From a virus (lineage: Duplodnaviria; Caudoviricetes), in the IMG/VR virus record IMGVR_UViG_3300023275_000004, positions 61,619-125,618 of that record: a stretch of DNA of 64,000 bases. One strand, written 5' to 3'. Below are positions 7,339 through 14,499 of the stretch, one piece after another. Under the pieces are notes generated by a model. The model made no database searches. It was not told the DNA's origin and saw nothing but the letters and a program-made list of their open reading frames with translations. The position numbers and the translations under genes were made by a program. How positions within the stretch are numbered: position 1 is the stretch's first letter; the number at the start of each line of letters is the position of its first letter.

Positions 7339-7386
7339 AAAAAAAGCGCAGGACTCCAACCATAAATACAATCGGGTCCTGCGCTT
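7339..7386 (-). terminator. intrinsic terminator with CCGAT motif in loop
   Basis: 11-bp stem AAGCGCAGGAC/GTCCTGCGCTT followed by T run. Confidence 0.75.
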
Positions 7387-7395
7387 GCCATGTTC

Positions 7396-7746
7396 TTAGT
7401 CTTCGTCAGTACTTCCCTCGTCCTTGAAAGTTATGAGCATCCACTCGTGCTCTAACCCCTCTACTGCCTCAGGCTCTTCATACTGAGCCCTGAATGAGTA
7501 GCCCGCAGCCTCAGCCATACGAATAACCATCTCAGTGTTAGAGACATAGACAGGAACTTCAAACTCATGAACTCCTCCATGAAGGAGCTGCCAAATCATT
7601 CCTACCTGTACGCCCCTAGCAAACTCTGGACTATCCGTGTCGTACTGAAGCATCATGTACGGCTGATCACCAGTATCATCCCAAATACCTCCACTCGGAG
7701 CTTCTTGGGAGTTATTTCCAGGCTCAAGAAAATTTTCATCTAGCAT
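7396..7746 (-). CDS. hypothetical acidic protein
   Basis: ORF track; start trimmed to ATG behind AAGGA. Confidence 0.65.
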   Translation of the reverse strand: MLDENFLEPGNNSQEAPSGGIWDDTGDQPYMMLQYDTDSPEFARGVQVGMIWQLLHGGVHEFEVPVYVSNTEMVIRMAEAAGYSFRAQYEEPEAVEGLEHEWMLITFKDEGSTDED

Positions 7747-8440
7747 TAGCATCCTTAAATGGTATTGGCAGTGACTCCCATACGAAGTAAATGGTATCTC
7801 CAGAATCAAGAACTCTTACCATCTCTTTAGAGAGACTGAAATTACTAGCAAAGGCAGTCTCCTCAGCTTTACGTTGAATAGTTTCCTTGGATAGGCCCGT
7901 AGCTAGAACTAATGGCAGGGACATACGAAGTGTTGGGGTACCCCCAAACTCTGAGGCTGGAAGCCACTTAAATACAATTTTATGCCCGTGTTCTTCCAAC
8001 AGCTTTTCATCCCTCAAAGCTATTTCATTCATTGAACTGGAAGCATCTTTATCAGTAGCAGAGTAGTCACGCATAATTTTTCCTGCGCCAACATAGACTG
8101 ACACTGGAGCGGTAATTAGTCCACCAGTTGCATACTTAGTCTGCTCGGCCTTCTGCTGCTCAGAAACTTCTCTTCCTAGAGCACCGTAGCCAGAAATATC
8201 AATCCAGCTATCTGCCTTGTCAGGAGTCTGAACGAGACGGCTAAGTTTAGTAACTATTTGTATAACTGGTAAATCGTGAGGAGTAAGTAAACGTCCACCA
8301 GGACCGCGATATCCAAGCGCGTTAAGTGCCTCAACAACTTTCGTAAAATTATCAATTGGTTCGCCGTACTCTGTGTTTCTATCATTAGACACTAGGCGCT
8401 TGGCCTCGTCCAAGGCTTGATCTCTTAGGCTGTCAGTCAA
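7736..8440 (-). CDS. DUF6378-like domain protein
   Basis: DRNTEYGEPIDNF...KLSRL...DSWIDISGYG. Confidence 0.75.
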   Translation of the reverse strand: MTDSLRDQALDEAKRLVSNDRNTEYGEPIDNFTKVVEALNALGYRGPGGRLLTPHDLPVIQIVTKLSRLVQTPDKADSWIDISGYGALGREVSEQQKAEQTKYATGGLITAPVSVYVGAGKIMRDYSATDKDASSSMNEIALRDEKLLEEHGHKIVFKWLPASEFGGTPTLRMSLPLVLATGLSKETIQRKAEETAFASNFSLSKEMVRVLDSGDTIYFVWESLPIPFKDANAR

Positions 8441-8442
8441 TT

Positions 8443-9387
8443 TTAACTCCTCGAAATAGTCTGATTACATGTTGGGCATTTTCCTAGCTCTTGAAGCCTA
8501 GTATGCAACTGATCGTGACTTTCTTTTTCTAGCAAACTAGCCTGCTCTAGCGCTTCGTTAGCCTCCTTCTCCGCTTTCAACGCCTTTGCCCAAGCAACTA
8601 CTGAATTCTTAAACTTCACATAATCTAATTGTAGCGCTTCAAGTTCGTCCAAAGAAGGTAGCTCAGGAAGCTCTACCAGAGACGCCAGCACGCCCTCTGA
8701 GTCGATCAGAGACGAGAGAACGCTCCGGAGCTGTCGCTGCCTAGCCTGAAGCTCGGTAGCTTCCTCTAGCGCCTTCTCAGCCTCTTCTAGAGCCTTTTTA
8801 CGGGCGGCTAACTGAGCAAACTTTTTAGCTTCTTCCTTCAACTGATTTAAGTCAGCTTGTCTGGTTTTCAACAAAGAGTTAATAGCTAGCTTTTTCTTAT
8901 TGGCTACTCGAACAGCCTCAAAAATTGAAGAGACGTTAGTAAGATCTCCGAGCACCTTTGCTACCTGCGAAGCAGACTCTCCGAGCAAGTAAGGCTTATC
9001 AAACTGCCCAGCAAAATTTATACTGGCTTCCGTTGTGGTTACCGGCTGAATATTAAGAGTCTCAGTTACTCCCTCAGGAACCTTCTGAGCCAGCTTAGTG
9101 AAAGGCTTCTCTTCTCCAGTAGAGCGATCCACAACGATATATTTCCCAGTCGTAGCCGTCTTCTTCAGAGTAATTATATCATTCTCGATATATAACGAAA
9201 TAGCTAAAGACTTTTCACCAGAAGTTATAACCGATGATCCTCTAATATTGGAAGCCAGCCCCCGCATAGCTCTAAGAAACGCTGACTTACCTGAACTAGA
9301 GGGACCAACGATTACCGTGAATTTCCCTAGCTCAAGATCCAGCTTCTTTAGACTCTGGAAGTTCTGGATCACTACACGTTCTAACAT
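8443..9387 (-). CDS. SbcC/Rad50-like ATPase, N-terminal half ending at Zn hook
   Basis: IQNFQS, Walker A GPSSSGKS, Q-loop, coiled coil, terminal CPTC. Confidence 0.85.
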   Translation of the reverse strand: MLERVVIQNFQSLKKLDLELGKFTVIVGPSSSGKSAFLRAMRGLASNIRGSSVITSGEKSLAISLYIENDIITLKKTATTGKYIVVDRSTGEEKPFTKLAQKVPEGVTETLNIQPVTTTEASINFAGQFDKPYLLGESASQVAKVLGDLTNVSSIFEAVRVANKKKLAINSLLKTRQADLNQLKEEAKKFAQLAARKKALEEAEKALEEATELQARQRQLRSVLSSLIDSEGVLASLVELPELPSLDELEALQLDYVKFKNSVVAWAKALKAEKEANEALEQASLLEKESHDQLHTRLQELGKCPTCNQTISRS

Positions 9388-9469
9388 GAAATCTCCTGGA
9401 AATAAATTTAAGCTAGTAGGATCTCTCCTACTAGCTTAACATTCAACTATGTGCTGAACCTACTTACGA

Positions 9470-9643
9470 TCAGGCATCTTCCTCTGCGTACTGAGTAAAG
9501 TCTCCCAGATCCGCTACGTTGCCCCTACCAGCGTCATCCAATGCCTTAGCGAGCTTCACTCGAAGTTCTGCCTCCTGACGCTTCTGCTCACGAACCTTTC
9601 GAGCTGCGCCCTTACCCATCTTACCTACGAATCGATTTGCCAT
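9470..9643 (-). CDS. hypothetical basic protein (57 aa)
   Basis: MANRFVGKMGKGAARK...; RBS AAGGAG. Confidence 0.6.
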   Translation of the reverse strand: MANRFVGKMGKGAARKVREQKRQEAELRVKLAKALDDAGRGNVADLGDFTQYAEEDA

Positions 9644-9670
9644 GTCAGCTCCTTAGTTAGTTTCCTGAAA

Positions 9671-9904
9671 TCACGTGTTGAGAGATCCACCGAACTGCTT
9701 CACAAAGACTGCTGGTCGCATATGCTTGGCAATCTCAATTTCTCGAAAATCATTACAGCGCCTACAGAAAATAAAATCTCCCTTAAAGCACTGGATCTCG
9801 AAGAGTGTGATATGCCCACACGTCCCTTTAGCCACCCAGTAGACTACTTCTTTACCATTAGTATCTAACTTGGTGTACTTGGGGAGTAACGTCTTGCTTG
9901 CCAT
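9671..9904 (-). CDS. hypothetical Zn-ribbon protein
   Basis: CGH...CRRC. Confidence 0.65.
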   Translation of the reverse strand: MASKTLLPKYTKLDTNGKEVVYWVAKGTCGHITLFEIQCFKGDFIFCRRCNDFREIEIAKHMRPAVFVKQFGGSLNT

Positions 9905-9953
9905 ATGTTCTTCTCTCCTAGTTTAGCATGTGTGTAACTGAGTTTCTAGTGTT

Positions 9954-10145
9954 TTACCAACCTTTTCGCATGGCCGATGCCGCTAAGGTGTTCAAGATAT
10001 TTTCTCTCATCCTAGCGTGAAGTCGAAGCCTTCTCTTAGCGTCAGCAACCGTATTCTGGTCTGCCTCAATTACAGAGTCTAGGCTTTCTAATTCTTCTGC
10101 CAACTCTTCCGCTGTCATACCTTCAAGCGACTTAGCCATAACCAT
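9954..10145 (-). CDS. hypothetical coiled-coil protein
   Basis: 63-aa ORF after promoter, RBS AGGAG. Confidence 0.65.
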   Translation of the reverse strand: MVMAKSLEGMTAEELAEELESLDSVIEADQNTVADAKRRLRLHARMRENILNTLAASAMRKGW

Positions 10146-10174
10146 TCTCCTGTCGGAAGTTGTTCCGTAAGAAG

Positions 10175-10204
10175 ATCATATACTTCTGTAAGTTGAGTTG
10201 TCAA
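10175..10204 (-). promoter_or_regulatory. sigma70-type promoter
   Basis: TTGACA-18bp-TATGAT. Confidence 0.7.
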
Positions 10205-10250
10205 CTACCCGACCCTCTTACGTCTGACATATGAGAAATCGGTTGAGACG

Positions 10251-10287
10251 GAAGGAGGGCCTCCCTAATCTCGGAAGACCCTCCTTC
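10251..10287. terminator. hairpin, probable terminator
   Basis: GAAGGAGGG/CCCTCCTTC stem after the 10301 gene. Confidence 0.5.
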
Positions 10288-10300
10288 TTAAATTTTTATT

Positions 10301-11173
10301 TCAGCCGATCGTAGTTCCGACTCGTCGCTGAGTGTGCTTACGAGCAACACGACGCCAACGCGCACGGCAGCGTTTCTTAGCTGACTTACTAGGTCCGTGG
10401 TCGCAATACTCATGATCGATGTTGCCCGTAGCCGTAAGTACCGGCTTATCGTTCGGGTCCATGTCAATCAGATTATCCATAAGGCTAGCAAAGTCATCAA
10501 CATCACTAGGAGCCATAGCACCGCGACGAAGGGAAGCCATAATGGCATCACCCTCAATATAGTCGGAGTATCGACCCAGACCTAGCTCCGAACCGTCACC
10601 GTCTTCCCACCAAGTCTCATTGGTGCCCTCAGCGTCTGCCCACCAGGGCTGCCTGCGCCCCGCAGGAGTGTAATCGTCACCGTACCGGCGCGTTCCTGCC
10701 TTACGGCCCTTGCCCTTCTTGACAGAAAAGGCTCCGGTCCCAGGATAGGTAGAGCCGTACTTGCCCACCGAACCAGAGATGCCAGTACTGGAAGTCCAGT
10801 AAGAATCTTGGTGATCTGGAGTCGAAAGCTGTGAGAAGACCGTTGCCCAAATGGAGTTATACAGAGAGTGAAGCTCGTTATCCTTGTACTTTGTCTCCGT
10901 AGTAGGCTTGAACTTCACGAAGTCAATATCCATCGTGATCTTGGCAAGAGCCTTGCCAAAAGCCTCGTGCGTGCAGTAGGCACGGTACTCATAGTCAGTA
11001 TTGGGGATAGCGATGATCTCTCCGAGGTCGTCTCCCATGTACTCCTTACGAAGAATCTCAAGATCCTTCCTACGGCGAGTACGAATCTGGAGAGTACGGT
11101 CGTCACCCTCAGGAACAGTGCCCTCTGGACGGAGACTCGGCATCAGAATTCCAAAGCTCGTCATAACCCACAT
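10301..11173 (-). CDS. hypothetical phage protein, probably early
   Basis: 290 aa, DYEYRA and IDFVKFK motifs; strong RBS GAGGAGG; own promoter. Confidence 0.8.
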   Translation of the reverse strand: MWVMTSFGILMPSLRPEGTVPEGDDRTLQIRTRRRKDLEILRKEYMGDDLGEIIAIPNTDYEYRAYCTHEAFGKALAKITMDIDFVKFKPTTETKYKDNELHSLYNSIWATVFSQLSTPDHQDSYWTSSTGISGSVGKYGSTYPGTGAFSVKKGKGRKAGTRRYGDDYTPAGRRQPWWADAEGTNETWWEDGDGSELGLGRYSDYIEGDAIMASLRRGAMAPSDVDDFASLMDNLIDMDPNDKPVLTATGNIDHEYCDHGPSKSAKKRCRARWRRVARKHTQRRVGTTIG

Positions 11174-11215
11174 TTAGTGCCTCCTCATGTTAAACGTTCT
11201 TCGCTTATGTGTCTT

Positions 11216-11244
11216 ACTGTACACCTACTTGGAGAGACTGTCAA
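11216..11244 (-). promoter_or_regulatory. sigma70-type promoter
   Basis: TTGACA-17bp-TACAGT. Confidence 0.7.
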
Positions 11245-11465
11245 GTGCCTGTATCATCTCGAACATCTTTCCAAGAAAGCTTCACTGCTTGACCTAGCTT
11301 GTCTGGATAATCTATCACTATATCTGTCTCATGTCCAGCTAGCGCCAGATTGATTTTGATTTTGTCTCCTTGAGCGACAAATTTTCTCAAAACCGCCGCT
11401 AATACCTGCTCAAGCAAAAGAGCCCGGTCTAAACCGGACTCCTCTACCGACTGCTCCTCAGTCAC
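11241..11465 (-). CDS. hypothetical protein
   Basis: GTGA overlap with upstream gene. Confidence 0.6.
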   Translation of the reverse strand: MTEEQSVEESGLDRALLLEQVLAAVLRKFVAQGDKIKINLALAGHETDIVIDYPDKLGQAVKLSWKDVRDDTGT

Positions 11466-11917
11466 TTTTTTTCGCCCGCCTTAACCACATTCCAGATAAT
11501 TTCTCCGAGAGTGTAGTCTCGGAGAATCCAATTAATTTTACGGTGGTTGAACTTGCTGTCAGGATACTTATCACAGTTGCACACAACATACCCACGAACA
11601 ACAGTAACCATAGCACCATGACTTGCGAAAGTGCCTGCAAACTCTCCTACCGTATCCATCTCTGGAGTACTCATGACATCAAGTTTCAAGCCACACTTAG
11701 AAATGTGGCTACGAATTTCCTTGGAGTTGTGCCCATAACCGCCGTAGTACTCATACGTACCGCCCTTATCAATAAGGAACTTCCATACAGCTTCCTTGTA
11801 AGGAAGCATGTCGACACGCTTTTCAATGTGAGCGCCACCGTCAGCAGGCATTCCACACTCGTCACAAACCTCAGGAGCAAGCTCGAAGGGTTTGAACACA
11901 GTACAAGACTTAGACAT
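11462..11917 (-). CDS. hypothetical Cys-containing protein
   Basis: 151 aa, RBS GAGGAGG. Confidence 0.75.
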   Translation of the reverse strand: MSKSCTVFKPFELAPEVCDECGMPADGGAHIEKRVDMLPYKEAVWKFLIDKGGTYEYYGGYGHNSKEIRSHISKCGLKLDVMSTPEMDTVGEFAGTFASHGAMVTVVRGYVVCNCDKYPDSKFNHRKINWILRDYTLGEIIWNVVKAGEKK

Positions 11918-11949
11918 TCTACCCTCCTCGGGTTTATTTAAAGATTAAG

Positions 11950-12064
11950 TGCCTCGGCTAAGGAGTTGAACCCTGCAAACCGCTATCACAAGTTTCTAGA
12001 ATCTTGTGCTTAAGCACCGGCCGGATACTTAAGACTAGCTGCTCTTCCATTGAGCTATCGAGGC
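11950..12064 (-). ncRNA. tRNA-like RNA with two hairpins replacing the anticodon loop
   Basis: acceptor GCCTCG/CGAGGC-A, D arm GCTC-AATGGAA-GAGC, T loop GGTTCAACTCC, insert hairpins CTTAAG../..CTTAAG and CACAAG../..CTTGTG. Confidence 0.7.
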
Positions 12065-12154
12065 GTGCGAGGTAAATTTTCTCCGTGAACAGTAAGGAAC
12101 TCTGCCTTAGCCACCCACAGTGCGTGGTCTACCTCGGGTATTTCTATTAAATCG

Positions 12155-12355
12155 TCACTTCATTGTAGCAAGACGAGCCAGGCCAATCAAGATCACAATC
12201 AAGCCCAAGATTAGAATTGGGTTGATCCTGAAGCCTTTACGAGCAGGCTTTGCCACCTTTGGCTTTTCCCACCTACGCCTAGTTGCGATCAGTGGTGAAG
12301 GTGGACGCCTGCCGTTAGGTGGCGGAACGTACCTACCGTCTTTCATAATTGGCAT
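12155..12355 (-). CDS. small membrane protein
   Basis: basic N-terminus, C-terminal TM, RBS GGAGG. Confidence 0.7.
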   Translation of the reverse strand: MPIMKDGRYVPPPNGRRPPSPLIATRRRWEKPKVAKPARKGFRINPILILGLIVILIGLARLATMK

Positions 12356-12385
12356 TTTTACCTCCGTTGTTTTCCTGATAGCTAA

Positions 12386-12414
12386 AGACTACACCCGTCT
12401 AGAAAAGATGTCAA
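12386..12414 (-). promoter_or_regulatory. sigma70-type promoter
   Basis: TTGACA-17bp-TAGTCT. Confidence 0.7.
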
Positions 12415-12419
12415 GAGAC

Positions 12420-12447
12420 AGAAACGCCCCGACCGAAGCCGGGGCGA
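12420..12447 (-). terminator. intrinsic terminator
   Basis: CGCCCCGGC-TTCG-GTCGGGGCG-TTTCT. Confidence 0.75.
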
Positions 12448-12463
12448 ACCTTAAAAACTTTGT

Positions 12464-12784
12464 TCAGGAAGTAGTTGTACGTGGAGTATGTGCCCAAACG
12501 GCAGTAGCAATGTCATTCTGTACTTGACTTGGCTCATCCTGCGCGTCAGCGTTGAACTGCAAGATAACTGACTTGATTGAGTCCATGTCTAGACTCAAGA
12601 CAGTAACATCTTCCTGTAGAGAAGTCAGCATTGCGTACAGCTTCTCATAAACAGTGTTAAATACTGCCTCAAAGTTCCAATAGATATCAGTCTGGTTAGT
12701 ACGCCAAGATGGAGCACGGAATACGTTGTCACGTGTGGCAGCAGTATCCCAGATTAGATTGGCATCTGTCTGTGTAATAGCCAT
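12464..12784 (-). CDS. hypothetical protein
   Basis: 106 aa, RBS AAGGAG, DIATAVW motif similar to lysin DIAKAVW. Confidence 0.75.
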   Translation of the reverse strand: MAITQTDANLIWDTAATRDNVFRAPSWRTNQTDIYWNFEAVFNTVYEKLYAMLTSLQEDVTVLSLDMDSIKSVILQFNADAQDEPSQVQNDIATAVWAHTPRTTTS

Positions 12785-12873
12785 AAGCTACTCCTTGATA
12801 GTTAACCTTAGTCAAAGATTTGTCTCTGACCCACATTAAATATCGGATACTAGGAGGTGCTTTTGGACCTTTA

Positions 12874-13182
12874 TTACTCAGTTTTCATGTCAGTTGCAAG
12901 AATTGCACCTTGATCCCAAGACTCTTCGGTAAGGCTGATAAAATAACCCGTAAACCATCTTGCCTCATCAAGAGCCGCTGATTGAAGCATCAGCATCCAT
13001 CTCTTAAGGTTCTTATCATAATGCCAAGAAAGTCTGTTTGGTAACGAATCAGGGTCCTGTGAGACCTTCTCAGCTGCCTGTATGAACAAGTTTAGCAACA
13101 TGTCTTTCAATGCGTCTAAAGACATGAAGCCTTCGGTTGAATTTACTCTGAATGATGCTCTATACATCTTCTCTTTATCCAT
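12874..13182 (-). CDS. hypothetical protein
   Basis: start moved to ATG 13182, outside tRNA-Cys. Confidence 0.65.
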   Translation of the reverse strand: MDKEKMYRASFRVNSTEGFMSLDALKDMLLNLFIQAAEKVSQDPDSLPNRLSWHYDKNLKRWMLMLQSAALDEARWFTGYFISLTEESWDQGAILATDMKTE

Positions 13183-13183
13183 G

Positions 13184-13265
13184 AGCACTTAGAGGGAATC
13201 GAACCCTTGACCGTAAGGACAGGTTTTGCAGACCTGCGGCAGCCCACCAGCTACCTGCTAAGCGC
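13184..13265 (-). tRNA. tRNA-Cys (GCA), 8/4 fold with Sec-like 6-bp D stem
   Basis: 8-bp acceptor GCGCTTAG/CTAAGTGC plus U73, 4-bp T stem, D stem GGTAGC/GCTGCC, loop CT-GCA-AA. Confidence 0.8.
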
Positions 13266-13302
13266 AAAAGGGATCACTATCTTGCAAGATAGGTTCCCTA
13301 AG

Positions 13303-13375
13303 AGCCCCCTGAAGGAATCGAACCCTCGTCTGCTGTTTACAAGACAGCGGCTCTGTGCCATTGAGCTAAGGGGGC
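13303..13375 (-). tRNA. tRNA-Thr (TGT)
   Basis: GCTGT-CTTGTAA-ACAGC. Confidence 0.94.
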
Positions 13376-13426
13376 AAATAGTGGGATTTCTTAAAAAGGG
13401 ACTACCAAGTACCCACTTCCCTACGG

Positions 13427-13497
13427 AGCGACTAGCCGGGATCGAACCGGCGACAAATGGTTGGAAACCACTTATGTTACCGCTACACCATAGTCGC
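13427..13497 (-). tRNA. tRNA-Gly (TCC)
   Basis: loop TT-TCC-AA, U73. Confidence 0.93.
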
Positions 13498-13507
13498 ATT
13501 ACTTACG

Positions 13508-13580
13508 AGCGGTGAACCGGACTTGAACCGGCGACCTAGACGTTGGCAACGTCTCGCTCTACCAACTGAGCTACCACCGC
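13508..13580 (-). tRNA. tRNA-Gly (GCC)
   Basis: AGACG-TTGCCAA-CGTCT. Confidence 0.93.
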
Positions 13581-13586
13581 AATTTC

Positions 13587-13907
13587 TTACAGTTGACTCT
13601 CAACTACGTTCTTAATACTACTCTTACTAGCTGCACCTGTCAACTCAATAACTCTCACACCCTGCTTGAAGACTGCAATAGTTGGAAGGCTCATAATCTT
13701 TTGAGTCAGTCCTGTCTGAACAGCCTCATCAACATTAACCTTCACTACCAGAACTTCGTCGCCCCACTCACCAGCTAGTTCTTCAACTACCGGAGAAATT
13801 TTACGGCATGGACCACACCAGTCAGCCCAAAAATCCACTACTACAGGAACCCGACTTTCAGAAACAACTTTCTCAAAGTCTTCGTCAGTCAACTCACGCA
13901 AACTCAT
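13587..13907 (-). CDS. trxA: thioredoxin
   Basis: VDFWADWCGPC motif, 106 aa. Confidence 0.95.
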   Translation of the reverse strand: MSLRELTDEDFEKVVSESRVPVVVDFWADWCGPCRKISPVVEELAGEWGDEVLVVKVNVDEAVQTGLTQKIMSLPTIAVFKQGVRVIELTGAASKSSIKNVVESQL

Positions 13908-14140
13908 TTAGAGTACCCTTCTGGCATTATTTTCTTAAATAACTCTTCAGCTTCTTTGTAAGGAACTGGCCTGCCATCGTACAGAGTTTTTCTATCTGCT
14001 CTGATGAGGTTATCAGCAACCTGTATGTCGTTTTCTCTCGAAAACCAGTGAATAAGATTGCGAAGTAGTCCTGTGTTTGAAATATGAGGATTTGTATTTT
14101 CGACTGGCTCTTCTACCCGAATAAGAAGATAGTGATGCAT
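13904..14140 (-). CDS. hypothetical protein
   Basis: ORF trimmed to ATG 14140 because the longer frame runs through tRNAs; ATGA overlap with trxA. Confidence 0.6.
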   Translation of the reverse strand: MHHYLLIRVEEPVENTNPHISNTGLLRNLIHWFSRENDIQVADNLIRADRKTLYDGRPVPYKEAEELFKKIMPEGYSK

Positions 14141-14165
14141 ATATACCCCCAACGTTATAAATACG

Positions 14166-14239
14166 CGCGGAAGACGGGACTCGAACCCGCGACTTCTACA
14201 TTGACAATGTAGCGCTCTAACCGACTGAGCTACAACCGC
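14166..14239 (-). tRNA. tRNA-Asp (GTC)
   Basis: CTACA-TTGTCAA-TGTAG, G73. Confidence 0.92.
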
Positions 14240-14334
14240 AAGGCCCAGCTCTACGAGAGATACTAGGCGGTATAAACTTTGGAGCCGGAGGCAAGGGCTT
14301 ACTGTCATATCCCTTGATAAACAGACCTCCAACG

Positions 14335-14408
14335 CACGGATAAAGGGACTCGAACCCCCAACCTTCACGTTCGTAGCGTGACGCTCTGTCCAATTGAGCT
14401 ATACCCGT
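14335..14408 (-). tRNA. tRNA-Arg (ACG)
   Basis: TCACG-CTACGAA-CGTGA. Confidence 0.92.
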
Positions 14409-14461
14409 AAGTGTAAGCGATTCACTTCGGAACTAACCTGCGTTTCTCGCTTACAAGAAAT

Positions 14462-14491
14462 ACTCTACACCATCTCTTACTATCTTGTCAA
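14462..14491 (-). promoter_or_regulatory. sigma70-type promoter
   Basis: TTGACA-18bp-TAGAGT. Confidence 0.7.
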
Positions 14492-14499
14492 CCCTAGCC

